Below are positions 17,959-27,340 of a stretch of DNA of 64,000 nucleotides, one piece after another. Source of the DNA: Akkermansiaceae bacterium (lineage in GTDB: Bacteria > Verrucomicrobiota > Verrucomicrobiia > Verrucomicrobiales > Akkermansiaceae). The notes under the pieces were generated by a model. It worked only from the letters and a program-made list of their open reading frames with translations, had not been told where the DNA came from and did not search any database. The DNA lies in assembly GCA_051251915.1 (NCBI GenBank), contig JBPOGF010000005.1, positions 124,918 to 188,917 of the forward strand, given 5' to 3'. A program made the translations under genes and the position numbers. Within the stretch, counting starts at the first letter, position 1. Each line of letters begins with the position of its first letter.

Positions 17959-19464
17959 ATGATTTCACATTTTAAACGTCTTCTTCCTCTCCGAGGCTTG
18001 TCCGTATGGCTGGCTATTTCATGCTGTGCTTATGGGGCAATTTATGAGGTGGGTTCTGGGGATGAAGTTGAGGAGTTGATTGAATCTGGGAAGTTGTTGG
18101 CGGGGGATGAAATTGTTTGGGCTGATGGGGAGTATGCGGATGTGGAGCTGAATATTGATAAGGTTGATGGCGTGGGTGGGAAGCCGATTACTTTGCGTGC
18201 TGCGAGGCCTGGGGGTGTTGTGTTTCGGGGAGAGTCTCAGCTTAATATTGGAGCTAAGTGGTGGGTGATCGATGGATTTCATTTTGATGGGAAGACTGGT
18301 GGGGTGAATGCTTATAACTCGGTGCAGTTTCGTGGTCAGGGAGGCACTGGGGCGGAGCATGTGCGGTTGACGCGTTGTGCGCTTACTGATCTAACCTGTG
18401 AGGATGAATCGTCTAAGTGGGTTCAGATTTATGGGAGGTTTAATACGATCGATCACTGTCATTTCAGTGGTAAGAATTCTAAGGGGGCACTGATCACGGT
18501 GGAGCTGGGTGCTCTGAGTGAGGGGGAGACGGCGGAGCATAGGATAGAAATGAATTATTTTGGGGATGTGGCTCCGCAGGAGGGGACGGATAATGAGACG
18601 ATTCGGGTGGGTTTCAGCGGTGATCAGAATAAACCTGCGAGGTGTGTGATTCAGCGGAACTTGTTTGTGCGATGTAATGGGGAGAATGAGATCATTAGTA
18701 ACAAGTCTAGTTTTAATACTTATTATTCGAACACGTTTAGGGCGTGTGATGGAGCTTTAGTGTTGCGGCATGGGCATCATGCTCGGGTTGAGGGGAATTA
18801 CTTTTTTGGTGATGGGGCGGAGAATGCTGGGGGGATTCGGGTGGTGGATAGTCATCATGTGATTCTTAATAATTACATGCAGGATCTTACGGGGACGACG
18901 TGGAATGCGGCATTTTCGATTTTGGGTGGGAAGCAGAAGTCTGGTGGTGCGGAGAATGGTTACCAGGCGGTGGATGAAATATTGGTGGCGCATAATACGA
19001 TGGTGAATTGTAAACGCAGTATTTTCTTTAACAAAGCCAAGGGGGCGCGGGCTCCTTCTGGAATGTTTGCCAATAATCTGGTGAGCGGCTCTGATGGGCC
19101 TTTGATCACAGTGGAATTGTCTATCGGGGGTATTAATTGGCTGGGCAATCTGATGCATGGTGCGGAGGTGGGGGCAGATGTTAAAGTTATCAGTGCTGAT
19201 CCTCAACTGAGGTTGCGTGATGGGGTGTATCGTCTAAGCGTGACAAGTCCTGTTATAGGTGGCGCGGTGGTGATTCCTTTTGTGGTGGAAAAAGATATGG
19301 ATGGTGAGTTAAGGCCGAAATCAGGACACGATATTGGAGCGGATGAAGTGGATGGTCTAGTAGGTAATGTGGCGACTGCTTCGCTGCGGCCAAAGGATGT
19401 GGGGGTAAGTTATTTAAGAGAGCGAGAAGAGCGAGAAGAGCGAGAAGAGCGAGGTGAGCGATGA
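17959..19464 (+). CDS. Polysaccharide lyase family 6 (chondroitinase-B fold; probable alginate lyase)
   Basis: AGDEIVWADGEY, IDHCHFSGK, DNETIRVG, CNGENEIISNKS and LVLRHG motifs. Confidence 0.9.
   Translation: MISHFKRLLPLRGLSVWLAISCCAYGAIYEVGSGDEVEELIESGKLLAGDEIVWADGEYADVELNIDKVDGVGGKPITLRAARPGGVVFRGESQLNIGAKWWVIDGFHFDGKTGGVNAYNSVQFRGQGGTGAEHVRLTRCALTDLTCEDESSKWVQIYGRFNTIDHCHFSGKNSKGALITVELGALSEGETAEHRIEMNYFGDVAPQEGTDNETIRVGFSGDQNKPARCVIQRNLFVRCNGENEIISNKSSFNTYYSNTFRACDGALVLRHGHHARVEGNYFFGDGAENAGGIRVVDSHHVILNNYMQDLTGTTWNAAFSILGGKQKSGGAENGYQAVDEILVAHNTMVNCKRSIFFNKAKGARAPSGMFANNLVSGSDGPLITVELSIGGINWLGNLMHGAEVGADVKVISADPQLRLRDGVYRLSVTSPVIGGAVVIPFVVEKDMDGELRPKSGHDIGADEVDGLVGNVATASLRPKDVGVSYLREREEREEREERGER
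19420..19464 (+). repeat. 9-bp tandem repeat GAGCGAGAA x3 plus two degenerate copies (ERE repeats) ending in the PL6 stop codon
   Basis: Read directly from sequence. Confidence 0.9.
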
Positions 19465-19503
19465 GGAAGATGAAGCATTAATCGTTATCAATGGCAGCAA
19501 GTT

Positions 19504-20253
19504 ATGATTTTAGATAGGCGATTCGCGAGTGACCGATTGGGGTGTGAGAGGCTGCATAGTCATGACTATGCTGTGGTGGTTGCGGTAGTGGGTGGGGTGA
19601 TTGACTTACGGATTGCTGATGAATTGGTGTGTCTGAAGAGGGGGAGTATCTGCTTCATTGAGCTTGGGTTCACTCATCAAATTCTTGGGACTTCTGAGGA
19701 TTTTTCTGGGGTCCATGTGTTGTCTCTGGCTTGTTCGTTTTTGTTGTCGTCTGGGGTGAAGCCTAGTAGCGGGGTTGTGGTTCATGATGTGGAGTTGCAT
19801 GGTCGGTTCATCAAATGGATGGAGGCTGAGAGGAAGGAGGATGTGTGTGGGGATGCTATTTTACCTGTGCTTGAGGAGTGTGGGGTTCGGTTGATTTCTC
19901 TGGAGAATGGTGGGGTGGATGAGTCTAGTCATTGGGTGGCTAGGAGGATCAAGGCTTTGCTTGATGATGGGGGAGATGCTGAGGCATGTTTTGGGTTTAT
20001 CTCGGAGCAAATGCCGTTTTCTAAGGAACATTGTAACCGGGTGTTTAAGAAATTCTATGGGATTACGATTCAGGCGTATTCGCTGAATGTTAGGGCGGAC
20101 AGGGCGCGGGTATTGCTGAAGAGTGGGATGTCAATTTCTGATGTGGCTTTGGTGGCGGGGTTCTATGATCAGAGCCAGTTTAGCAAAGTTTTCAGGAGCA
20201 TTTATCAGATGACCCCTGGTGAATATCAAAGGCAGGTGGTGGGAGAATCTTGA
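19504..20253 (+). CDS. AraC-family transcriptional regulator
   Basis: C-terminal ISDVALVAGFYDQSQFSKVFR...TPGEY; N-terminal cupin HSHD. Confidence 0.9.
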   Translation: MILDRRFASDRLGCERLHSHDYAVVVAVVGGVIDLRIADELVCLKRGSICFIELGFTHQILGTSEDFSGVHVLSLACSFLLSSGVKPSSGVVVHDVELHGRFIKWMEAERKEDVCGDAILPVLEECGVRLISLENGGVDESSHWVARRIKALLDDGGDAEACFGFISEQMPFSKEHCNRVFKKFYGITIQAYSLNVRADRARVLLKSGMSISDVALVAGFYDQSQFSKVFRSIYQMTPGEYQRQVVGES

Positions 20254-20299
20254 TCAGTCTGATACAAGAGTAATCTGAGGTATGTGTTATTCTTTGGAT

Positions 20300-21067
20300 A
20301 TGAGCAGATCAGAAGAAGAACATAATAGGCGGATTCAAGAACAGTTTACGAAGCAAGCGATACCATTTACGGAGTTGAAGGGGCATCTTGATTCGGTGGG
20401 GATTTTGATGGAGCTTACGGGGACGGATTTGAGTGATACTGTTTTAGATGTTGCGTGTGGGCCGGGGTTGGTGGCATGTGAGTTTGCGAGGAAAGCGAAG
20501 CATGTTATGGGGATAGATTTGACTGATAAGATGATAGAGGAGGCTGGGAAGCGTCAGTCTGCTGAGGGGCTTTCGAATATGGACTGGCAGATTGGCTCTG
20601 CGATGGAGTTACCGTTTGAGGATAATTCATTTTCGGTGGTTATTTCTCGTTACACGTTTCACCATTTTACTGATCCTAGTGTTGTTCTGGCTGAGATGGT
20701 TCGGGTATGTGCACCTGGTGGCAGGGTGTTAGTGGCAGACCCGGTTCTTGCTGTTGACTTTGTGGATGCTTATAATGAGATGGAGAGGCTAAGGGATCCG
20801 TCTCATACTCAGGCGCTTTCTGTTGAGCGGTTTGATGCGATGTTTGGTGCGTCAGGTTTAAGGGACATTTATCGATCTGGATATGGAGTTAGTATGGAGC
20901 TTGAGCAGCAGTTGGGTGCTTCGTTTCCGAATCCAGGGGATGATGAGGTTTTGAGGGGAATCTTTTGGGAGGATTTAACGAAGAATAGGCTTGGGGTAGA
21001 TACTAGATTGGTCGATGGGGAAATACATTTTACGTATCCGATCTCAGTTTATGTGGGGACAAAATAG
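20300..21067 (+). CDS. Class I SAM-dependent methyltransferase
   Basis: VLDVACGPG, LPFEDNSF and RVCAPGG motifs. Confidence 0.9.
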   Translation: MSRSEEEHNRRIQEQFTKQAIPFTELKGHLDSVGILMELTGTDLSDTVLDVACGPGLVACEFARKAKHVMGIDLTDKMIEEAGKRQSAEGLSNMDWQIGSAMELPFEDNSFSVVISRYTFHHFTDPSVVLAEMVRVCAPGGRVLVADPVLAVDFVDAYNEMERLRDPSHTQALSVERFDAMFGASGLRDIYRSGYGVSMELEQQLGASFPNPGDDEVLRGIFWEDLTKNRLGVDTRLVDGEIHFTYPISVYVGTK

Positions 21068-21206
21068 GTAGAGTGCTCTGAGGGAGGTGGTTTATTACTT
21101 GTGGGTATTGTTTGTTGTAGTAGGTTTCAGGCGTGTTCATTTTAAGGAGACTATATTTGTTAGGTAGTTCTTCTTGGCACAGAATTTAACAAATAGATAG
21201 AGAACG

Positions 21207-21872
21207 ATGACAAACCTTCGAGAACAGACAGAAGCGCAGATTGAGAAGACGCGTAGTGTGAAGCCGGAATTTATGCAGAAGATTGACGATTTGATGCATT
21301 CTGCGCGAGAGTTCGAGGAGAGTGGCTGCGCGATTGAGGTCGGTGAGGTGGCTCATGACTTTGAGCTGCCGAATGCTGTTGGTGAGTTGGTGTCGCTGTC
21401 TGGTTTACTGGCTAAGGGGCCTGTGGTGGTGACGTTTTATAGGGGGAGCTGGTGTCCTTATTGTAATTTGGAATTGAGGGCGCTGCAGGATAGGTTGGCT
21501 GAAATTCATTCACTTGGAGCTGAGCTGGTGGCGATCAGTCCACAGATGCCGGATGAGTCGTTGACGGGGCCTGAGAGGGGGGCCTTGAGCTTTCCGGTGT
21601 TATCAGATCAGGATGCGAAGGTAGCAGCACAGTATGGTGTGGCGTGGGAAGTTCCTGAAATTTTGTTGGAACATATGCGAGTGGATCGGGGTCTCGACTT
21701 GAAGGATTTGAATAATGGGAATGGTAGCATTTTACCTATTCCGGCGACATTTGTGCTGGATCGCAGGGGTGAGGTGGTGTGGCGCTTTGTGGATGTGGAT
21801 TATCGTACAAGAGCTGAGCCGGATGATATAGTTGCTGAGTTGCAGAACTTGGCTAGCAACTCAGCAAGATGA
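21207..21872 (+). CDS. Peroxiredoxin-like AhpC/TSA family protein
   Basis: GPVVVTFYRGSWCPYCNLEL and LPIPATFV motifs. Confidence 0.9.
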   Translation: MTNLREQTEAQIEKTRSVKPEFMQKIDDLMHSAREFEESGCAIEVGEVAHDFELPNAVGELVSLSGLLAKGPVVVTFYRGSWCPYCNLELRALQDRLAEIHSLGAELVAISPQMPDESLTGPERGALSFPVLSDQDAKVAAQYGVAWEVPEILLEHMRVDRGLDLKDLNNGNGSILPIPATFVLDRRGEVVWRFVDVDYRTRAEPDDIVAELQNLASNSAR

Positions 21873-21878
21873 GTCACT

Positions 21879-22031
21879 TTAGTCTCTAGTGATAGGGGAC
21901 TGAACTTTGTAGCCGTCTTCACTGAGAAGGTAACCACCAGCAGCGCCAGCGGCAAGAGGAACACATGATGTTAGACCGCTAATAGTTGCAGCTGCTGAAG
22001 CGATGAGGGCGTATTTTAAATATTTTTTCAT
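21879..22031 (-). CDS. Small 50-aa lipoprotein (not in ORF track)
   Basis: Hand translation MKKYLKYALIASAAATISGLTSCVPLAAGAAGGYLLSEDGYKVQSPITRD*; basic N-terminus, hydrophobic core, LTSC lipobox. Confidence 0.8.
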   Translation of the reverse strand: MKKYLKYALIASAAATISGLTSCVPLAAGAAGGYLLSEDGYKVQSPITRD

Positions 22032-22277
22032 AGTAATTTAAGCTATCATCGTTTGGATGGAACGCAACAATTTAGTCTTGTGCTGTATTGCTTGTGAGTT
22101 CTTCTGCTACTGGGGCTCTATGAATTAGATAATTTCTTGCTAGAGTTGGTGAGATTTACTATTAGTGAGTGGCTTAACTTAAGTCTTGGATGATGTTAGA
22201 TGCGTCATCTATTTTCTTGCTGAATTTCCTGAATGTTATTTAGGCGTGAGCTAGCTACACTGATTGACTCAAAAAAA

Positions 22278-22823
22278 ATGAAACATTATTTAATATTTAT
22301 TACACTCATTGCTCTGGCGATGTTTGCGGATGCACAGGATGAAGCGAAGAAGGTCTCTGACCCAGATGGACTGTGTTCGATAGATCTTCCTGAAGGATGG
22401 AGTTTAGTGGCCGAAGATAAGAGAGCGATGCCTAAGCGGCCTGCGCATCTTGCGGTGTCATCTGAATGGATGTCTGAGGATAAGAGCCGAGTAGTGTTGC
22501 TGGTGTTAAAGAAAGCAGGATTTCCGAAGGGAGAGAAAAAGAAGCCTTTGTCAGAAATGGTTATTTCTCTAGTAACTGGATTAGCTGGGGGCTCAGATGC
22601 TAAGGCGATAAGAGAAGGCGGAAGGGGGAGAATGGGAGGCTTAGATTCGTCTCATATACACATGATTCAGTCTAAGGGGAAGCTCTTGATAGAAAATCAT
22701 TTATCAATGGCTGAGGACGAGAAATATTACTATGTGGTGATTGGCAGTTATCGAGTGGAGCATTTTAGGAGGCGTGGAGTGGAGATCGCGCGGATGGTGC
22801 AGTCGTTTGAACTAGGAAAATAG
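22278..22823 (+). CDS. Secreted hypothetical protein (PsbP-like fold possible)
   Basis: Signal peptide (ADA/Q); SIDLPEGW and MVQSF motifs. Confidence 0.6.
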   Translation: MKHYLIFITLIALAMFADAQDEAKKVSDPDGLCSIDLPEGWSLVAEDKRAMPKRPAHLAVSSEWMSEDKSRVVLLVLKKAGFPKGEKKKPLSEMVISLVTGLAGGSDAKAIREGGRGRMGGLDSSHIHMIQSKGKLLIENHLSMAEDEKYYYVVIGSYRVEHFRRRGVEIARMVQSFELGK

Positions 22824-22834
22824 CTCAATCAAAT

Positions 22835-23335
22835 ATGATTACTGTTAGACGTGCTGCATCGGGTGATGCTGAGCTTTTTAGGGGAATTCGGTTGCGGGCT
22901 CTTAAGGATAGTCCGGAGGCGTTTGGTTCGACTTATGAGGATGCTGTGGAGCGGGATTTTGAGTCTTGGAGGGAGCAGATAGAGTCCACTGTTTCTGGGG
23001 TGGGTCGCAATACACAGTTTGCTTTTGATGGTGATGAATGTATTGGGATTGCGGCCTTGTATAGGGAGGAAGGTGCTGAGGCGGGGGATGTCATTATGAT
23101 GTGGGTATCGCCTGAGGCTAGGGGGACGGGGACTGCGGGGTTACTCGTTGAGAATTTGCTTTCTTGGGCATCTGAGGTGGGGATGCGTGATGTGTTATTG
23201 AATGTGGCTTTGGCGAATAAGCGTGCTATTCGATTCTATGAAAATTGTGGGTTTGAGGATACTGGTGAGGTTGTGGACTGTGATGTTAGTCGCGGTTTGA
23301 AGGCGATTAGGATGTCGAAGAGTGTGGGTTTGTAA
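22835..23335 (+). CDS. GNAT N-acetyltransferase
   Basis: RLRALKDSPEAFGS, MWVSPEARGTG and N.RAIRFYE.CGF motifs. Confidence 0.9.
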   Translation: MITVRRAASGDAELFRGIRLRALKDSPEAFGSTYEDAVERDFESWREQIESTVSGVGRNTQFAFDGDECIGIAALYREEGAEAGDVIMMWVSPEARGTGTAGLLVENLLSWASEVGMRDVLLNVALANKRAIRFYENCGFEDTGEVVDCDVSRGLKAIRMSKSVGL

Positions 23336-23372
23336 AAGTTGTCTATGGGAGGATTTCGTGTATGTTGTTGGC

Positions 23373-24206
23373 ATGTTTAAAAATGTATCGAAACTATTGT
23401 CTGTTGGTGGAATTGCGGCGGTTTGTCTATCTAGTGTGAATGCTGGTGAGGCTGTGCGTGATGGGAAGGTGGAGGCGGAGCTTATGCTGAAAGACACTGT
23501 GCTGAAGGCTGGTGGTGAGAGCTGGGTTGCGGTGGCTGTGAGGGCAGATGCGGGTTGGCATACTTATTGGAAAAATCCTGGTGACATGGGGGTGAGCACG
23601 ACTGTGGAGTGGAAGGCGCCTGAGGGGGTGACGATTGGTGAATTACAATATCCGGCACCGCATATGTTTACGATGAGCATTGTGAAATCACTGGGTTATG
23701 AGGGGACGGTGACGCTGCTGGCAAAGGTGAATGTGGCTGATGACTTTGTGGCTGAGGGTGGAACGGCATCGATCTCTGGGAAGGTGAGTTGGTTGGTTTG
23801 CTCTGATGAGCAGTGTGTGCCGGGTGATGTGCAGGTGGTGGAGGATTTCTCTGTAGCTGCTGAGCAGAAGGCAGGCGCTAAGGCTGAGCTTATTGTGAAG
23901 GCGATGGAGGCGCTTCCAAAAGTGGTGGAGGGGGCTAAAGCTGAGATGACTCTTGATGGTGACAATGTGGTATTTAAGATAATGGGTGTGGCTGATCTCG
24001 CTGCTGCGGAGTTGTATGTGAGTGCTGAGAGTATGCTTCAGACGGGAGAAAAGCCTGAGTGGAAGCAGGTGGGTGGAGATGGCAAGAGCTGGCAGGCGAA
24101 GGTGAAAAAAAGCCCGTATTTGTCAGCATTACCGAAGGATGCGGAGTTGGTATTGCGTAAATCGAATGGTGAGGAAATCCTTGTGGCCGCAGCGGCTGGG
24201 AAGTAA
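23373..24206 (+). CDS. DsbD N-terminal domain protein (no membrane domain)
   Basis: GWHTYWKNPGD.G and WLVCSDEQCVPG motifs; signal peptide. Confidence 0.85.
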   Translation: MFKNVSKLLSVGGIAAVCLSSVNAGEAVRDGKVEAELMLKDTVLKAGGESWVAVAVRADAGWHTYWKNPGDMGVSTTVEWKAPEGVTIGELQYPAPHMFTMSIVKSLGYEGTVTLLAKVNVADDFVAEGGTASISGKVSWLVCSDEQCVPGDVQVVEDFSVAAEQKAGAKAELIVKAMEALPKVVEGAKAEMTLDGDNVVFKIMGVADLAAAELYVSAESMLQTGEKPEWKQVGGDGKSWQAKVKKSPYLSALPKDAELVLRKSNGEEILVAAAAGK

Positions 24207-24276
24207 TGGAATTTATTTAACTGATTTTTACTCTGTAATTTTACTATTCATATAATATGTGCTAGTGTCAGTCCGT

Positions 24277-24891
24277 ATGAAAACTATATTTAAAAACGTG
24301 TTGTCCGGCCTTAGTGCTTCAGTGCTCATGGCTGGTGTTGCAGTAGCAGCTCCTCTAGCAAATAACTCAGATGCTCCAGACTTTAAGCTTCCGGACACTG
24401 AGGGTGAGACTGTGACTCTTTCTGACTATAAGGATAAGGTTGTGGTGCTAGAGTGGGTGAACTTCACTTGTCCGTTCGTGCAGAAGCATTATTCAAAAGG
24501 TCACATGCAGAAGCTTCAAGATGCGTATGATGATAAAGGGGTAGAGTGGTTCCTCATTAACTCAGGTCCAGAAGATGCGAAAAAAGGTAGCTATAATGCT
24601 GCAAAATTTGAAGAGCTCGCTGATGAACATAGTGTGGAAGCTGAAGAGATCCTTCTCGACCGTGACGGTAAAGTGGGCAAGGCATACGGCGCGATGACTA
24701 CTCCACACATGGTGGTGATCAATAAAGGTAAAGTCGTGTATCAAGGTGCTATTGATGACAAGAAGTCTACTAGTGCAGATGACATAGCAACTTCTGTGAA
24801 CTATGTAGTAAAGGCTCTTGATGCGGTGCTCGAAGGTAAAGAAGTAGCGACACCAGTGACTAAGGGTTACGGTTGTGGAGTGAAATACTAA
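24277..24891 (+). CDS. Redoxin/AhpC-TSA family periplasmic protein
   Basis: APDFKLPD, VLEWVNFTCPFVQKHY, YGAMTTPHM, YQGAIDD and YGCGVKY motifs. Confidence 0.9.
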   Translation: MKTIFKNVLSGLSASVLMAGVAVAAPLANNSDAPDFKLPDTEGETVTLSDYKDKVVVLEWVNFTCPFVQKHYSKGHMQKLQDAYDDKGVEWFLINSGPEDAKKGSYNAAKFEELADEHSVEAEEILLDRDGKVGKAYGAMTTPHMVVINKGKVVYQGAIDDKKSTSADDIATSVNYVVKALDAVLEGKEVATPVTKGYGCGVKY

Positions 24892-24920
24892 CGGCTTAGG
24901 TTGTAAAATTTAACAATAAG

Positions 24921-24952
24921 AAAGGGCAGACCATATTAGGTCTGCCCTTTTT
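24921..24952. terminator. Bidirectional intrinsic terminator
   Basis: AAAGGGCAGACC-ATATTA-GGTCTGCCCTTT perfect inverted repeat between convergent genes. Confidence 0.85.
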
Positions 24953-24997
24953 GTTAGTTTTTGTGATGAACAAAATACGTAAGAACAATCGTCGTTC

Positions 24998-26101
24998 CTA
25001 GAATGCCCACTGCCATCCCGCTACGACACTGTAATCTTGGTCCATACCAACGCCGTTTGCGTCTTGTAGGATAGGGGTGAGAACCTCTACTGCTAGGCGG
25101 TGACCGCTGAGTGCGCCAGACTGGAATACGTAGTTGGCACCTAGTCCTAGTTCTAGGACGTGACCGCCGTAGTTAGGTTGGAAATGCTGTGGTGCGCTGT
25201 GATCATGGCCTCCGTTGTAGTGACCATCGATGTCTTCTTGGTATCTGTAGTTCAATCTGGCTGAGAGGCTGAGTGAATGGGTCACGGGTGCGGCTATCCA
25301 GGTGGTGAGCTGGAATGTGTCTCCGTATTGGAAGCCGGAATCATTTTCGTCTTCTAGGGCAAAGCTTTTCATTGCTTGTGCTCCCCATGAAAAGTGATCG
25401 AACTGGGCATTGTATGTGGCTCCAATGTTGAGGCTGTAGACTCCAGTTCCTGACTGCATTCCGTATGGAAGGAAGGTATCTCCTTCTTTATGGTCGACTT
25501 CGGCGGTAGGGAGTGTGAGGCCTAGGTTGAGGTGAGCGTTGTGCTGGGGAGTGTGGAGGATGCTGTATAGTGCACTGATTGTGATGTCACCAAGGCCGCT
25601 AGAGCTGTGCTCGTGTCCACCTGTTGTGCCGTGTGATCCGTGGTCTCCGTGGCCACCGTGAGAGGTGGCGTGTGGGTTGGTGACCATAGTCATGTCTTTT
25701 TCTACGTAGTTGACCATTCCCATGAGGGTAAGTTTATCGGTAGGGGCATACATGAGTCCTAGCATGTGCATGTCCATGGTCATCTCGTCAGCTGCGCTTG
25801 AATAGTGGCTGCCAGATGGTGACATGGTGCTGTAAACTTCGTCAGTGCTGAGTGATTTGGTTCCGTCTTGGTGTCCGTTCATGCTCATGTGCATGAAGCG
25901 GTAGGATACCATCCATTCTCCTTTGTTGTGGGTGTGGTCTCCCATGACGCCGATAGGGGCGTGGGAGTCTGGTCTACTAGATACGCCTACGGATGATTCT
26001 GAAGAAAAAGGTGTGACTTCAGTTCCTGCTTGGATCGTGAGTGATGATGCGAGTGTGAGTGCGGCGCATGTTGAAGCGGCGTATGTTGTGATTGTTTTCA
26101 T
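24998..26101 (-). CDS. His/Met-rich outer-membrane beta-barrel 'transporter' (MetA-pathway/phenol-degradation-like), probable metal uptake
   Basis: Signal peptide; HAPIGVMGDHTH.KGEWMVSYRFM; His-rich loop; GLGDI; C-terminal aromatic WQWAF. Confidence 0.8.
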   Translation of the reverse strand: MKTITTYAASTCAALTLASSLTIQAGTEVTPFSSESSVGVSSRPDSHAPIGVMGDHTHNKGEWMVSYRFMHMSMNGHQDGTKSLSTDEVYSTMSPSGSHYSSAADEMTMDMHMLGLMYAPTDKLTLMGMVNYVEKDMTMVTNPHATSHGGHGDHGSHGTTGGHEHSSSGLGDITISALYSILHTPQHNAHLNLGLTLPTAEVDHKEGDTFLPYGMQSGTGVYSLNIGATYNAQFDHFSWGAQAMKSFALEDENDSGFQYGDTFQLTTWIAAPVTHSLSLSARLNYRYQEDIDGHYNGGHDHSAPQHFQPNYGGHVLELGLGANYVFQSGALSGHRLAVEVLTPILQDANGVGMDQDYSVVAGWQWAF

Positions 26102-26356
26102 GTTAATTTATTTGTTAATTTGATATGTATTTATTGAGGTTTCATGTCTGATTTAGTTCAAACATGAGGGCGTATTTGTGGTTACAAATACTGGTGTGGG
26201 CACGATGATATCCGAGAAATCATGTGCTACGAAATGTATGACCCCAAGGATCAGCTAACTACTTAGCAGTCAGTGAGGGGTTCAATTTTAAGATCAGACA
26301 CCGAGAGTGTGAACGGAATGCTCATACTGAATGGGTGCTGGTGGAAATACCATTGA

Positions 26357-26761
26357 TTAACAAGCTCGTGGAGGAGGGGTAGGACATTGTGTGGTCCTAC
26401 TGACTGGAAAATGGACTGAAGGATATACAAATCCTAGTCTAGTGCTGTGAGGTCCGATAGGCGAGATGCGTGTGAAGTTGACTACTATTTTCGCTACGGA
26501 TAGGACTTCTAGCTTTTCAGGTAGATTTCCTTTTTTAGGTTCCTCAGTTTGCTGAGCTTTGAGTTCCGCAATTTTCTGACAGTGCTCACATGGGGCTTCA
26601 CCAGAGAAGGTAGAATCAATTGCTTCAGCGAGTCCCTGATTGGGGACGCGATCATGTAACATTTTTGACCATGCAAATGCCTGATACATTGCCATAGGTC
26701 CTCCAATAATGGAGAACGCCGTGACTAAGCAGGTCAGTTTCATGATCATGTCTCGTAACAT
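26357..26761 (-). CDS. DUF2946-like protein with CxxC and C-terminal proline-rich motif
   Basis: N-terminal hydrophobic segment; TFSGEAPCEHC; ends CPTPPPRAC. Confidence 0.7.
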   Translation of the reverse strand: MLRDMIMKLTCLVTAFSIIGGPMAMYQAFAWSKMLHDRVPNQGLAEAIDSTFSGEAPCEHCQKIAELKAQQTEEPKKGNLPEKLEVLSVAKIVVNFTRISPIGPHSTRLGFVYPSVHFPVSRTTQCPTPPPRAC

Positions 26762-26820
26762 TGGCGAAGATAAAAGGTTGTTTCTAAATTTTAGTCAAGC
26801 TTGGTCTGAAAAGAAACGAA

Positions 26821-26846
26821 AAAACACCCTGTCAGAGGGTGCTTTA
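26821..26846 (-). terminator. Probable intrinsic terminator of the 26889-27182 gene
   Basis: CACCCT-GTCAG-AGGGTG stem with an adjacent A-run on + (U-run on -). Confidence 0.5.
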
Positions 26847-26888
26847 TGATGATGAACTTAGGGAGTGTTAGTCTGTATATTAGTGAGA

Positions 26889-27182
26889 CTAGCCTCTGAG
26901 TTCGCTGCTGTGTTTGAGTCTGCGTGAGGCAGTGGCGTAGAGTTCTTTGTAGCGAATTTTGGCATAGTTGTAGATGATGTGGTTTTCATCACCAGCTGAC
27001 ATGAGGACGGCCTCAGCATAGGCTGTAGGGCGATAGTCTTTGCCGAGCAGTTCCTTGCCTACGATGGTGTAAATTCTTTCTTCGAGTGTAGCATGGAGCT
27101 TTTCCTGATCATCAGGGAGAGAGGTGATAGGAGTTGCAGCGTGGATAGTGTTTGGTTCTGGTACGGTTAGTTTTTCAGCCAT
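26889..27182 (-). CDS. Hypothetical protein
   Basis: Open frame; start at MAEKLTV preferred. Confidence 0.55.
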   Translation of the reverse strand: MAEKLTVPEPNTIHAATPITSLPDDQEKLHATLEERIYTIVGKELLGKDYRPTAYAEAVLMSAGDENHIIYNYAKIRYKELYATASRRLKHSSELRG

Positions 27183-27340
27183 GACATTTATTTCTATGTT
27201 GTTTTCTAGGAAGAGAGGGAAGGGTGTGAGACCGTAGAAATAGTATTCTACAAATATACGCCGATTTCTTGTCAATCTTAGCTTAGAGATTAAGCCTAAA
27301 CTCTTGATATTACAAGAAATTATATTTGTACTCGATGCCT

